Origin: Acidobacteriota bacterium
Lineage (GTDB): Bacteria; Acidobacteriota; UBA890; WLXD01
Direction of reading: 5' to 3'
Assembly: GCA_965205505.1 (NCBI GenBank)
Contig: CBDBHB010000007.1
Location: forward strand, 256,001-320,000
DNA: 64,000 nucleotides
Shown here: positions 1 through 10,381 of the stretch, one piece after another
Layout of the letters: the number at the start of each line of letters is the position of its first letter
How positions within the stretch are numbered: the first letter of the stretch is position 1
Notes under the pieces: model-generated
What the model was told of the DNA's origin: nothing
The model's database searches: none
The model's input: only the letters and a program-made list of their open reading frames with translations
Translations under genes and position numbers: made by a program

Positions 1-1697
1 CCGGGTATGGCGGTGGCGGGCGCCCAGTGACCCGAATGGCACGTCTGCCCCGATTCGGGATCCTCACAGTCGCTCGGCTTCGGCACCTCCGTGTACCAGG
101 CACGCGAGCCGTCCTCGGCCCGCAGCGCCGCGAGGCCGCCCCTGCCGTCTTCGAGCGGGAACGGCTTCAGGTAGTACTCGCCGTCGAACGCGCCCCCGAA
201 TCCGGCACTCGGCATCGCCAGCTCGTTGCCGGCCTGCGCCACCCACAGGATCTCACCCTGGTTGTCGGGATCCATGGCGGTGATGCGGCCGCTCTCCTGT
301 CCTTGAATCAGAATTCGGCGACCGTCCTCGAGCGTGTGCAGTACGGGCGAGCCCGAGGCATCGTCGTTACTGCCGGTGACGAGGCCGGGACAGTTGATTC
401 GCCGCTCCTCCGGTTGTCGCCCACAGCCGCCGCCGAATCTCTCGAGAGCCACCAGCTGCCTCCACCACAGGCGTTCGCCGGTATCCATGTCGTACGCCGT
501 GACGGCGGCGCAAGTGCCGTCGTCGAACCCGACGTGTTGCTCGAAGAACTCGGTCATGTAGCAGTTGCCGGCGGCCGCGTAGAGAGTGCGGTGATCGATA
601 TCGAGCGTCGGTGCGTTCCATACGGAGGCACCGGCGGGCCCGTACATCTGTGTGCCGGCCGAGTTCTTGCGCAATGGGCGAGGACGCTCGGACATCGAGT
701 ATGTCTTCCAGGCCGTCTGCCCCGTGCTCACATCCACTGCGACGACGCTGCCCTGGAACTGGCAGCACTCGTACAACAGATCTCCGCTCGGGAGCTCCTC
801 CCAGGATGCGACCCCGACGTACAGATGACCTCCGGCCGAGGGATCGAGCACCGGTGTGCCGGTGATCTTGGCTGCCGCATGCTCGTCCGGACGCATGACC
901 CAGAGCTCCTCGCCGGTTTCGGCGTTGACGCCGGTGACGTAACCCCTGTAGTCCCCGAACATGGCTATGTAGCGGACTTCGGGTACATCGGTCACCTCGC
1001 TCACACTGACCGCGGTGCGCACCTGTCCTCTTGCCTCGTAGGACCAGTGCACGCAGCCCGTCTTGGCGTCGAGCGCGTAGACGAATTTGTTGTCACTGCC
1101 TATGAACAGCGCCCCGCCCACGACCGTCGGCTGCGCCCAGGATGCGGAAGCCGCATCCGGAATCGCGAACGCCCACTTCAGCTTCAGCTGCGACACCTGT
1201 GCTCCGGTAAGTCCGCCCGCTTCCGCCGGCTGGAACCGGTGGGACTTACCAGGATCGGGGGTCCAGCCGTTCCATCGCGGCCGGCTGAACGGGTCGTGCA
1301 GGGTCAACGGGCTGGTGCAAGGGTTGCTCATCGCCGCGGCGGTGCGGTCGGCGGCGTCGCCGAAGGGTTTGGCCGCCGCCAGCTCGGCCAAAGCGAGCAG
1401 GTTCTCCTCGTTCCACCCTTCGACATAGATAGCCATCGATCCCGTGGTGATCGACTCGAGCACTCGCTCGGCTGTCATCGCCGCCATGGCTTCCCGACTT
1501 GGCGCTCGGTTGCCGGCGGCGGTGTTGTCGTGGCAGGTGGCGCACCGTCCCTCGAACCCCGACCGCATGCTCGCCGGCGAGTTGCCGACCACCGGGGAGT
1601 ACTGTCCCCAAGCAATCGAGGTGGAGGAATGCCACGCCAGAGCGCTTGCAGCCAAGAACGTCACGGCACTCAACGAAAAGATGAATCGCCTCAACAT
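1..1697 (-). CDS. Cytochrome c (CxxCH) + PQQ beta-propeller dehydrogenase, polyvinyl-alcohol dehydrogenase-like; runs off the left edge
   Basis: Not in the ORF track because its stop lies outside the window. Manual translation from ATG 1697 (GGAGG RBS) gives MLRRFIFSLSAVTFLAASALA (signal peptide)...GRCATCHDN...RWNGW...RFQPAEAGGLTGAQVSQLKLKWAF...QPTVVGGALFIGS. Confidence 0.85.
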   Translation of the reverse strand, partial: MLRRFIFSLSAVTFLAASALAWHSSTSIAWGQYSPVVGNSPASMRSGFEGRCATCHDNTAAGNRAPSREAMAAMTAERVLESITTGSMAIYVEGWNEENLLALAELAAAKPFGDAADRTAAAMSNPCTSPLTLHDPFSRPRWNGWTPDPGKSHRFQPAEAGGLTGAQVSQLKLKWAFAIPDAASASWAQPTVVGGALFIGSDNKFVYALDAKTGCVHWSYEARGQVRTAVSVSEVTDVPEVRYIAMFGDYRGYVTGVNAETGEELWVMRPDEHAAAKITGTPVLDPSAGGHLYVGVASWEELPSGDLLYECCQFQGSVVAVDVSTGQTAWKTYSMSERPRPLRKNSAGTQMYGPAGASVWNAPTLDIDHRTLYAAAGNCYMTEFFEQHVGFDDGTCAAVTAYDMDTGERLWWRQLVALERFGGGCGRQPEERRINCPGLVTGSNDDASGSPVLHTLEDGRRILIQGQESGRITAMDPDNQGEILWVAQAGNELAMPSAGFGGAFDGEYYLKPFPLEDGRGGLAALRAEDGSRAWYTEVPKPSDCEDPESGQTCHSGHWAPATAIP

Positions 1698-2213
1698 GTT
1701 GCCTCCCTCGGGTTCAGCTCGAAACAACCGCTTCGGATCCGTGTCAGCCGCATGCTCGCCTCCGCTTCGGCGTCGGCGAAGGCCGTGCTCCAGGTTCCTT
1801 TGCCAGGCTAGCAGCGCCTTCGCCTGGATGTGGTCACAGCGTCACGGCCTTGTCAAGGGATTCACTGCGCAATCGATGGCTCCGCCTATCATGACCATAA
1901 CCCCCTGCTTTCCTTGCAGTTACGGGACCTGCGACAACCCGTTTGCATAGACCGCTGGCGTGCTCTCCCACGCGTCGGTACGGACCCTTCACCCGTCACC
2001 CTGGCTCCCACAGCGGGGCGATCAGAGCCGCTGAATCCTCTCCAGGATCACGGTGCCCGACGACTAGAAGTTCCTCTGTACCCGCCCCTACCACTTGCAG
2101 ACAATGCAGGGGTGATGCAGGTTGTGGAGTAGGGTCGGAAACTGGGTGGAGTTTGCGGCTGACTTCGTGTACAGACACCGTTGGAGAACGCCCGTCAGTT
2201 GAGAGCATCCACG

Positions 2214-3290
2214 ATGAACGAGAGGCTTCGGACCTCGCGCTCGCTCACGTTCCTCGCCAGCGCGGCGATAGCGCTGTCATCGTCTGCCGTGGCGCTGTCT
2301 GGCCCCGCGGCTGCGCAGACTCATGCCTCTGACGCCGAATTGTGGGAAGTATCCAGGACGCCGCATGGTCATCCGGACCTGCAAGGCAACTGGACCAACG
2401 CGACGCTTACCCCCTTCCAACGCCCTGCGAGCCTGGGCCCCGTTCTTACGTGGGAAGAGGTTGCCGACATCGAGGAGGGGCAGGCGGAAATCGTCGCCCA
2501 AGGGAACGCGCCGAGCGACCCGAACCGCCCGCCGCCTCCGGCGGGTGGTACTGATCCGGAATGCATCGATTCGGCTACCGGATGCTACAACGAGGTCTAC
2601 AGAGAGCCCGGTGAGCGGGTGGCCATTGTGAACGGTGAGCCCAGGAGCTCGCTCGTCACGCATCCGCCTAACGGACGCGTGCCGGAGCTGACGCCGGAGG
2701 GACGGCGACGGGTTGAGGAGCACAAGGCGTTCAGGAGCCAGTTCGGTCCATCAGACCATCCGGAGCTCCGACCCCTCGGCGAACGCTGCCTCGTATCGTT
2801 CGACTCCAGTGCCGGCCCGCCGATGCTTCCCAACTACTGGTACAACAACAACTACACGATCGTGCAGAACGCCGATCACGTGATGATCGTCACGGAGATG
2901 GTTCACGACGTACGCATCATCCGGCTCGGCGAGCCCACATCGCTACCGGAAGACATCCGTCCGTGGTTCGGTGACTCGTGGGGCCGATGGGACGGAAACA
3001 CGCTCGTGGTCGAGACCACCAACCTCAATCCGGATCACAGGTTCCGCGGCGTCGCTCCCTCGAAAGACCGGAAGTTGATCGAGCGCTTCACGCGCGTGGC
3101 CGCGGACACCATCCTTTACGAGTTCACCATCGACGATCCGACGATGTACACGAGCGTCTGGGGAGGCCAGGTTCCATTCAAGCAGTTCGACGACCGTCTC
3201 TACGAATATGCCTGTCACGAGGCCAACTATGGGCTCTCCAACGTGCTGAGCGGCGCGCGCTACGAGGAGAGGATGGAGGAGCACAGGTAG
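2214..3290 (+). CDS. Secreted conserved hypothetical protein (RTPxGxPDLQGxW ... YEYACHE family)
   Basis: Signal peptide; motifs RTPHGHPDLQGNW, GDSWGRWDGNTLVVETTN, YEYACHEANY. Confidence 0.75.
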   Translation: MNERLRTSRSLTFLASAAIALSSSAVALSGPAAAQTHASDAELWEVSRTPHGHPDLQGNWTNATLTPFQRPASLGPVLTWEEVADIEEGQAEIVAQGNAPSDPNRPPPPAGGTDPECIDSATGCYNEVYREPGERVAIVNGEPRSSLVTHPPNGRVPELTPEGRRRVEEHKAFRSQFGPSDHPELRPLGERCLVSFDSSAGPPMLPNYWYNNNYTIVQNADHVMIVTEMVHDVRIIRLGEPTSLPEDIRPWFGDSWGRWDGNTLVVETTNLNPDHRFRGVAPSKDRKLIERFTRVAADTILYEFTIDDPTMYTSVWGGQVPFKQFDDRLYEYACHEANYGLSNVLSGARYEERMEEHR

Positions 3291-3429
3291 CCCACCAACG
3301 CCCCCTGGAATACGGATTTCCGGCGCTAGCAGGCCGTGGTGGATTCGTGGCCTTCAAGGCACTCGTCCACTACAATCCGGCAACCAGAGCACCGATGCCC
3401 GCGGAAGTAAAACCGAGCATGTTGCCGTC

Positions 3430-5646
3430 ATGAGCAGTTCATCTGATGTTCATACGGATCCCCGGTTCACCCGGCGAGGGTTCCTGCAAGCGGCGGGGCT
3501 GACGTTCGGATTTGTCGTTGGTTCGCCTCCTCGGGATGGCGCCGCCTCGTCGTCGACAGCGGCTGAGACGCTGACGCCCAACATCTGGGTCAACATAGCG
3601 CCGGATGGAATCATCACCATCGTTAACCCGGCGGCCGAGATGGGCCAGGGATCGATGACGGCGCTGCCGATCATCCTTGCCGAGGAGCTCGATGCGGATT
3701 GGAGCGACGTTCGGATCGAGGTGTCACCCTCCGACGACGAGCTGTATGGAAATCCTGGATACGTCGGTATTCTCCGCTCCGGGGCAAGCGCCACGCTCGC
3801 GGGCTACTACGACACCTTGCGGTTGCATGGAGCGCAGGCACGTCGGGTGCTTCTCGACAGCACCGCGGCCAGATGGGGCGTGCCGGTGGAGGAGCTTGCT
3901 ACCGAGCCCAGCGTTGTCGTTCACAAAAAAAGCGGTCGCAGGTTGACCTATGGCGAGGTGGCCGGATTCACGTCCATGCCCGCGACTCCACCCGACATCA
4001 AACCGGGCGACCTCAAAGATCCAGCCGAGTTCCGGCTCATCGGCCACGACATTCCCCGGGCGGACATCCCGGACAAGGTGGACGGATCGGCGCAATACAG
4101 CATCGATGTGCGATTGCCGGGAATGCTCTACGCGACGGTGCTGAGGCCCCCGGTCAAGGGGGCGTTACCGGAGCGGGTCTCGGAGGGCGAGGCGCGCAGG
4201 ATCCCCGGTGTCGTGGAGGTCATCAGGCTCCCCTACGGGGTCGGTGTGGTCAGCGAGACCATCGAAGGGGCGCTCGCCGCCTCGGGCAAGATCGAGGTCG
4301 AGTGGCAGCAGGTAGAGGGCTCGACCTTCGACAGCGACGCAGAGCTCGAGGCCCAAGCTCGCCGAGCCCGCGAGTTGAGCAGCGAAGGTGCCAGCCGAGA
4401 AGACCGAGAGGTGAAGATCGCCCTCGATACTGCGCTCCACCACTACCGATCCGAGTACAGCACCGAGTTTGTCTATCAAGCTCAGATGGAGCCTTTGAAC
4501 GCGGTGGCCTGGGTCAAGGAGGACGGCCAACGAGCCGAGATCTGGGCCGGATCGCAAACGCCGACGTACCTGCTTCGCGTTGCCTCCGAGACGCTCGAGA
4601 TTCCTACCGAGAACATCACGCTCCACAGGATGTATCTCGGTGGCGGGTTCGGTCGCAGGTCCGATTGGAGGCACGAGTATGTCGTTGACGCCCTGTTGCT
4701 CTCTCGCGCGGTAGGCAAGCCGGTCAAGCTCGTCTGGAGCCGCGAGGACGACGTGCGCTACGGGCACTTCAAGCCCAGCAGCGCACACTATCTGCAGGCC
4801 GGCGTCGATGCCCGGGATCGGGTGATGGCCTGGGAGCACCGGATGGTGACGGACGATGTCCAGGCGCAAGCCGACCCCTACATCAGGAAGCTACGGTCAC
4901 GGCTCAGCCAGGAGGTCTTGGATGCATTGACCTTCAGCCGCAATCGAGGCATGGGCCGCTATGACTTCGGACACCGAACAAGACAAACCGAATACCGAGC
5001 CCTGCCGGTGCGTCTCGGGTGGATGCGAGGCGTCAGCACGACGCTCAACGAGTTTGCTGCCGAGTCGTTTGTCGACGAGATCGTGGTCGCCAGGGGTCTG
5101 GATCCGATCGAGTTTCGCCTGGCGCATTTGAACGAGCCCCTGGCGCGGAGAGTTCTGAACACCGTTGCCGAGATGGCGAGCTGGACTGCTGCCGGGGATC
5201 GAGGGCTAGGTGTCTCCTATGTGTCCTCCTTCGGATGCCTGATGGCAACCATCGCGGAGGTATCGGTCGATCGTAACGGATGGATCCGGGTCGCCGACGT
5301 CTGGGTCGCCGTCGACATCGGCATCCCGGTGCAGCCGCTCAACGTCGTCGGCCAGGTAGAGAGCTGTGTGGTGTATGCGCTCAGCAACGCTTTGACCGAG
5401 CGGATCTCTTTCAAGGATGGGCGTGTGCAGCAGTCCAACTTCCACGACTATCCGGTGCTCACCATGGAGTATTCGCCGCAGATCCACGTCCGCGTCGAGC
5501 GCTCGGAGAGATCGCCTATCGGAGTCGGAGACCGCTCCGGCCTCGGTGTGGCACCTGCAGTTGCCAGCGCCTTTGCCCGGCTGACCGGTCGACGATTGCG
5601 ACACATGCCCATGACCCCCGAACGCGTCCGGCAGGCGTTAGGGTAG
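3430..5646 (+). CDS. Molybdopterin-binding xanthine dehydrogenase-family large subunit (isoquinoline 1-oxidoreductase beta-like), Tat signal
   Basis: TRRGFL Tat motif; EMGQG, LGGGFGRR, QSNFHDY motifs. Confidence 0.88.
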   Translation: MSSSSDVHTDPRFTRRGFLQAAGLTFGFVVGSPPRDGAASSSTAAETLTPNIWVNIAPDGIITIVNPAAEMGQGSMTALPIILAEELDADWSDVRIEVSPSDDELYGNPGYVGILRSGASATLAGYYDTLRLHGAQARRVLLDSTAARWGVPVEELATEPSVVVHKKSGRRLTYGEVAGFTSMPATPPDIKPGDLKDPAEFRLIGHDIPRADIPDKVDGSAQYSIDVRLPGMLYATVLRPPVKGALPERVSEGEARRIPGVVEVIRLPYGVGVVSETIEGALAASGKIEVEWQQVEGSTFDSDAELEAQARRARELSSEGASREDREVKIALDTALHHYRSEYSTEFVYQAQMEPLNAVAWVKEDGQRAEIWAGSQTPTYLLRVASETLEIPTENITLHRMYLGGGFGRRSDWRHEYVVDALLLSRAVGKPVKLVWSREDDVRYGHFKPSSAHYLQAGVDARDRVMAWEHRMVTDDVQAQADPYIRKLRSRLSQEVLDALTFSRNRGMGRYDFGHRTRQTEYRALPVRLGWMRGVSTTLNEFAAESFVDEIVVARGLDPIEFRLAHLNEPLARRVLNTVAEMASWTAAGDRGLGVSYVSSFGCLMATIAEVSVDRNGWIRVADVWVAVDIGIPVQPLNVVGQVESCVVYALSNALTERISFKDGRVQQSNFHDYPVLTMEYSPQIHVRVERSERSPIGVGDRSGLGVAPAVASAFARLTGRRLRHMPMTPERVRQALG

Positions 5647-5673
5647 CGGGCGTAGGCCCACCAGGAGGTTCCG

Positions 5674-6132
5674 ATGCGGTTCACCCTCACGGTCAACGGT
5701 AACGAGAAAACCGTTGAGGCCGAGCCGGACACCCCCCTTCTCTGGGTCCTGCGCGAACATATCGGTTTGACGGGCACGAAGTTTGGATGCGGCATGGGAA
5801 TCTGCATGGCCTGCACGGTCCACCTCAACGGCGAACGAGCTCTGAGCTGCCAGACGCCGATCAGCTTGGCAGCAGACCAGGAGATCACGACGATCGAGGG
5901 CCTCGCGGCCAGTCAGCATGCTCTCCTGGGGGCATGGGTCGAGGAGCAGGTGCCCCAGTGCGGCTACTGCCAGCCGGGGATGATCATGAACGCGGCTGAT
6001 TTGTTGGCGAAGAATGAGAACCCCAGCCGCGAAGATATCGTTACCCACATGAGAAACATCTGCCGTTGTGGAACCTATCCGCGGGTGATCCGCGCCATCG
6101 AGCGAGTGGCCACGGAGCTCCAACGTAAGTAG
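5674..6132 (+). CDS. (2Fe-2S)-binding small subunit (IorA-like)
   Basis: GTKFGCGMGICMACTV, QCGYCQPG, NICRCGTY. Confidence 0.92.
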   Translation: MRFTLTVNGNEKTVEAEPDTPLLWVLREHIGLTGTKFGCGMGICMACTVHLNGERALSCQTPISLAADQEITTIEGLAASQHALLGAWVEEQVPQCGYCQPGMIMNAADLLAKNENPSREDIVTHMRNICRCGTYPRVIRAIERVATELQRK

Positions 6133-6154
6133 GCGACCCAGAGGGTTCACGCCA

Positions 6155-7285
6155 CTACTCGAGGAGAAGTGGCTGGCCGACCAGCTTGCTCGGATCAGCG
6201 CCGGACTTCGGCACGAACTTGGCCACGGACTCCCCGTCGAAGTTGGCGACATAGACGTTGCCCTCCTGGTCCACGTCCATCTGGTGCGGACGCATCAGGC
6301 CACCGGCAAAGCCGCCCGACGTGCCGCCGTACGTGCCCCAGTGATACAGGAGATGGCCGTCTCGGTCGTACTTGATGATCCGGTTGAGGACACGTTCCAC
6401 CACCCAGACGCTGTTGCTCTCATCGATGAAGATGCCGGCCGGGCTTACGATGTTGGGCCACTCTTCGATGAACTCGCCGTTCTCCGTGAAGACCTGGATG
6501 CGACTGTTGGCCCGGTCGACCACGTAGACGCGGCGATCCTTGTCTATAGCGAGTCCGTGGACGGTGTTGAACTGTCCAGGGCCGGTCCCGTTCTCCCCCC
6601 ATTCCATGATGTACTCGCCCTGCTCGTTGTACCTGACGACGCGGGAGTTCCAGTAGCCGTCCCCAAGCAGGAAGTCGCCGTTCGGGAAAAAGGCCAGCAC
6701 CGCCGGCTGGCCGTAGTTGTAGGGACCGGGATTCTTGTTCGCCCGTGCCGCTTCCCGAGTCTGTGGGATCGGTGTATCGCCGATCCGCAGCACCAACTCC
6801 TCTCCGTCGTTGGTGAACTTGAGGACCTGCATGTAAGGCCCCCCGCCGCCGCGCTCGACGACCCAGACGTGGCGCTCGGGATCGTAGGGATTCACGTAGA
6901 TCTGGTGGGGCCAGTTGAGGATCGAGTCCCACTGCGTCCAGACCTCCGTGATGTTGCCGTTCCGATCGGCGACCACGATGGCGTTCGAGCGGGGCAGTCT
7001 CACCTCCCCGGCGTCGTTCATATCCCCCCACGTCACCGCGAAGATCCGATCCGGGTTGTCCACCGCGACTCCCGAAACCTGCCCCCAGTGCCAGGTCTCG
7101 TCATGGTTCGGCGCCGGCTTCCACCAGTCTGCGACGCCCTCGTAGTCTCCGCTCCGGTCGTCCCCACCCTTCGCCATCGTGGCTCCCGCCGGGAGCGTAG
7201 CCTGGTCCTCTTCGACGCAGGCGGGGAGCACCGCCAGCCCAGCAGCGACAACTAGGGCCACGCCGAAGCGCTCCGGTCTCATCAT
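6155..7285 (-). CDS. NHL-repeat beta-propeller lipoprotein (peptidyl-alpha-hydroxyglycine lyase-like)
   Basis: Lipobox-like LPAC; WGENGTGPGQFNTVHGLAID, VYVVDRANSRIQVF. Confidence 0.8.
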   Translation of the reverse strand: MMRPERFGVALVVAAGLAVLPACVEEDQATLPAGATMAKGGDDRSGDYEGVADWWKPAPNHDETWHWGQVSGVAVDNPDRIFAVTWGDMNDAGEVRLPRSNAIVVADRNGNITEVWTQWDSILNWPHQIYVNPYDPERHVWVVERGGGGPYMQVLKFTNDGEELVLRIGDTPIPQTREAARANKNPGPYNYGQPAVLAFFPNGDFLLGDGYWNSRVVRYNEQGEYIMEWGENGTGPGQFNTVHGLAIDKDRRVYVVDRANSRIQVFTENGEFIEEWPNIVSPAGIFIDESNSVWVVERVLNRIIKYDRDGHLLYHWGTYGGTSGGFAGGLMRPHQMDVDQEGNVYVANFDGESVAKFVPKSGADPSKLVGQPLLLE

Positions 7286-7384
7286 TGCCTTCCCTCCCGT
7301 AGGGGCTTCCGTGGGAAGCCGGTTCAGACGACTTCACTGCTCGTGCAGGCGATCACGCAGTTCCTTTACCATGCATCGGGATAC

Positions 7385-7520
7385 CTAGCGAGCTGCATCC
7401 ACGAGCCAGCTCGACTTCAGGACGTAGCGGCTCACCTGGGCCCCGCGTGCAATGACCCGGCGAACCACGAGAAACCGAGATCCGTCGGCGCCGACGTCGA
7501 ACCCCGCCGAAGTGTACCCG
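7385..7520 (-). pseudogene. Orphan C-terminal fragment of a kinase-TolB/PD40-type protein
   Basis: Translates GFDVGADGSRFLVVRR...YVLKSSWLVDAAR*, resembling the YDVxxDGxRFL...W tail of these proteins; no start. Confidence 0.5.
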
Positions 7521-7554
7521 GGCACTGCTCGGGCGGGGGCCCCTTTCCGCCGAC

Positions 7555-9378
7555 TCACCACCCCAACACATAATCACTCTTCGCCGGACTGACCCCTCCG
7601 AACATCACTCCGCTTTCCGGGTCGATCATCAACATCTTCACGGCGCCCGCGCCTGATGTTGCCATCCGATAGGGTTGTTGCAGCGGTACCACCTCCACTC
7701 TGTGGCCCCGCCGGCCCAGCTCCTCGCTGATGACTTCTCCCAACACCGACGGCATGGTGAGCATGCCGCGCATCCGACCGGGATACATCGACGCCGCGAA
7801 GGCGCTGCTGGTCACGGTGGCGGCCTCGACCGCCTGCTGCACGTTCATGCCGAAGTGCACGACCGCGAGAAACGCTTGCAGCATGGCTTGCGGCTGGTTG
7901 TCTCCGCCGGGCGTGTTCCACGCCAGATACGGCTTCCCGTCCTTCAGTGCGAGCGCCGGGTTGACGGTGTGTCTGGTGCGTTTACCCGGTACGAGCTCGT
8001 TCACGTCCCCCTCGTCCAGCGAGTAGTAGGGCATGCGGTTGTTCAGAACGATGCCGGTCCCATCCACGAACATGCCACTGCCGAACGTGCCGTTCACGCT
8101 GTGTGTGACTGAGACGAGGTTGCCGAACCGGTCTGCGATGGAGAACGACGAGGTCTCGCCACTTTCTTCCTGAGCCGCTGCGGGCCGCTCTACGGGCAGT
8201 GATTCGGCTTGGTACTCTGCCGCTGCACCGTCGACCACTGCGCGTTCCCGTCGTGGGTCGCCGGCAGGCGCCACCGTCATGGCGCGGTCCATCCGGATAA
8301 GCTCGCGGCGCTTTGCCGCATAGTTCTTGGAGAGCAGCTCGTCGGTCGGCACGTCGGCAAACTTGGGATCGGCTACGTAGCGGTTACGGTCGGCGAACGC
8401 CAACTTCATCGCCTCCGTAACGACGTGGATGTAGTCCACCGAGTTGTGTCCCATCTCGACCAGATCGAACTCCTCGAGGATGTTGAGCGCGATGAGCATG
8501 ACGATCCCCTGCGAGTTGGGCGCGCTCTGGTATACGTCGAGTCCGGCGTAAGTCGTCGATATGGGAGACGTCTCTTCGGCGTCGTAGGCCGCGAGGTCCT
8601 CGTACCGCAAGAGACCTCCCTCCCGCTCGTAGACGCTCCCGATGCGCCTGGCAAGGTCGCCGCGATAGAGCACGTCGATGCCGCCGCGGGAAATCGCCTC
8701 CATAGACCGAGCGAGGTCACTTTGCACGTACACGTCACCGGCACCAAGCGGGTGCCCTTGCGGCATGAGCACCAAGAGTGAAGACGGGTACGGAGAGATC
8801 TTCTCGACTGCCCGCGCGTGGTACCCGGACGCCCAGAAATCCACCGGGTGGCCTTCGCGCGCAGCCCGAATGGCGGGTGCGAGAACCTTGGCGTAATTCA
8901 TCGTTCCGTATTCGCGGAGCGCCAAGTCGAATCCGCCTGCCGCGCCAGGAACGTCGGTCGCCAGAGGGCCCGCGTCCGGGATCTCGCCGAGCTCCGTGTA
9001 GTACTCACGCGTTGCCAAAGCCGGTGCGGGCCCGGTGCCGTTGATGAACACCACTCGGTCCTCGGCGCCGAGGTAGGCAAGTATGAACCCGTCTCCGCCG
9101 ATGCCGGCCTGATGCTGCTCGACCACCGTGGTCATGTAGAACACCGCGGCGGCTGCATCGAACGCGTTGCCCCCCGCCCGCAGGATCTCCATTCCAGCGA
9201 TCGTCTCGAGTGGATGTTCCGCCGCCACCATTCCAAAGGTGCCCATTACCACCGGGCGCCAGAACGGCCTCTCGTCCGGTTGTTGTGCGAACAACCCGCT
9301 GACGTCGAGGGTGGTGGTCGACAGCAACATGGCCAACACCACAAGAATCTTGAGTACTAGTCGGGTACCGGGTTGCAT
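7555..9378 (-). CDS. ggt: Gamma-glutamyltransferase family protein
   Basis: GGNAFDAAAA, GIGGDGF, catalytic Thr in ETSSFSIAD, TPGGDNQPQ; signal peptide. Confidence 0.9.
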   Translation of the reverse strand: MQPGTRLVLKILVVLAMLLSTTTLDVSGLFAQQPDERPFWRPVVMGTFGMVAAEHPLETIAGMEILRAGGNAFDAAAAVFYMTTVVEQHQAGIGGDGFILAYLGAEDRVVFINGTGPAPALATREYYTELGEIPDAGPLATDVPGAAGGFDLALREYGTMNYAKVLAPAIRAAREGHPVDFWASGYHARAVEKISPYPSSLLVLMPQGHPLGAGDVYVQSDLARSMEAISRGGIDVLYRGDLARRIGSVYEREGGLLRYEDLAAYDAEETSPISTTYAGLDVYQSAPNSQGIVMLIALNILEEFDLVEMGHNSVDYIHVVTEAMKLAFADRNRYVADPKFADVPTDELLSKNYAAKRRELIRMDRAMTVAPAGDPRRERAVVDGAAAEYQAESLPVERPAAAQEESGETSSFSIADRFGNLVSVTHSVNGTFGSGMFVDGTGIVLNNRMPYYSLDEGDVNELVPGKRTRHTVNPALALKDGKPYLAWNTPGGDNQPQAMLQAFLAVVHFGMNVQQAVEAATVTSSAFAASMYPGRMRGMLTMPSVLGEVISEELGRRGHRVEVVPLQQPYRMATSGAGAVKMLMIDPESGVMFGGVSPAKSDYVLGW

Positions 9379-9387
9379 GGTGCTGCC
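9357..9387 (-). repeat. Kinase start-module copy D (provides the ggt N-terminus MQPGTRL)
   Basis: CTAGTCGGGTACCGGGTTGCATGGTGCTGCC is near-identical to 17892-17922 and 26064-26093. Confidence 0.7.
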
Positions 9388-9528
9388 CACAGTCGGATCA
9401 CCTCGAGCGTTGCTTGGTCTGCTGGATTCCGCAAGGATACCGCCGAAGCGAAAGCAGTCGAATACAAGCCAGTTTGCACTTTCCTACGAGGATCAGCTTG
9501 CTGGCTGAAAGAGACGCGGCCGACGCCA

Positions 9529-9600
9529 CTAGTCGAGTACCGGGTTCCTTGGCGCTGCCAGAGCAGGGTGAGTGAGCGCCTGAAACCTATCGCCAGAGCG
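9529..9600 (-). repeat. Kinase promoter/start-module copy C (ATG mutated to AAG)
   Basis: CTAGTCGAGTACCGGGTTCCTTGGCGCTGCC...GAGCGCCTGAAACCTATCGCCAGAGCG. Confidence 0.75.
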
Positions 9601-9632
9601 GGCGAGGGACTGACCCGATCGCAACAGCTTCG

Positions 9633-10286
9633 TTAACTGGACAGGGCGAATGCGACCACCCCGATCAGGCCTACCGTGATCCCTGCCGCCCGCATCGCCA
9701 TGTCTCGCCCCGGCAAAGCTCGATCGTCGAATCGCCGTGCAACTGCGAATGCCCCCATCGCCACGGCATACTGGATCATTGCGAGTCCGAGCAAATAGCC
9801 GAAAATGGGCGTCGGCTCCGCTCCCACGATCGATTCGCCATAGGCGTAGCCATGAAAGGCTCCGGCGAGCGCCAAGCCGACCACGAGCCGCGACCGGCGA
9901 ACCTTCCTGTCCACGGCCAGGAACACGCCTGCGGCGACAACCGTAACTGCGACCGCGACCTCGCCCCCGGCGACGGTGACTCCCGTCAGGCGAAGCACAC
10001 AGCCTGCCATGGAGGTGCTCAAGAAAACGACCGGAAAGATGCCTCCTTTTGCGAAAGCCGCCGCGATAATCCCGACCGCGAGGATGAATGCGAGATGGTC
10101 AGGGCCGATGACCGGATGGGCAAGACCGGAGAAGAATCCTCCGAGAACGCTACGGGGCGCCGCGTCACCAATCATGTGATGCGCCATGGCTTCCTGTGGT
10201 TGAGTCAAGAGCACGACCGTGAGCGTCGCGAGAACTTTGCGCGCCGCAGCGGTTCGCGCAAACCAGGTATGTTGGCGAAAACCCAT
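9633..10286 (-). CDS. HupE/UreJ family Ni/Co permease
   Basis: AMAHH, SGLAHPVIGPDHLAF, FHGYAYG; GGAGG RBS before ATG 10286. Confidence 0.88.
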   Translation of the reverse strand: MGFRQHTWFARTAAARKVLATLTVVLLTQPQEAMAHHMIGDAAPRSVLGGFFSGLAHPVIGPDHLAFILAVGIIAAAFAKGGIFPVVFLSTSMAGCVLRLTGVTVAGGEVAVAVTVVAAGVFLAVDRKVRRSRLVVGLALAGAFHGYAYGESIVGAEPTPIFGYLLGLAMIQYAVAMGAFAVARRFDDRALPGRDMAMRAAGITVGLIGVVAFALSS

Positions 10287-10381
10287 GCTTTGTCCTCCCC
10301 TCTCGACCTCGTCTGCTACACCCAGAACCGATCGCTCACGCACAAGATGATCCCCTCGCGCTGGAAGGCGCATGAGGTGCT

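Noticed and set aside
27-1811. 594-aa plus-strand ORF
   Set aside because: Antisense shadow of the minus-strand cytochrome c/PQQ dehydrogenase; no recognisable motifs.
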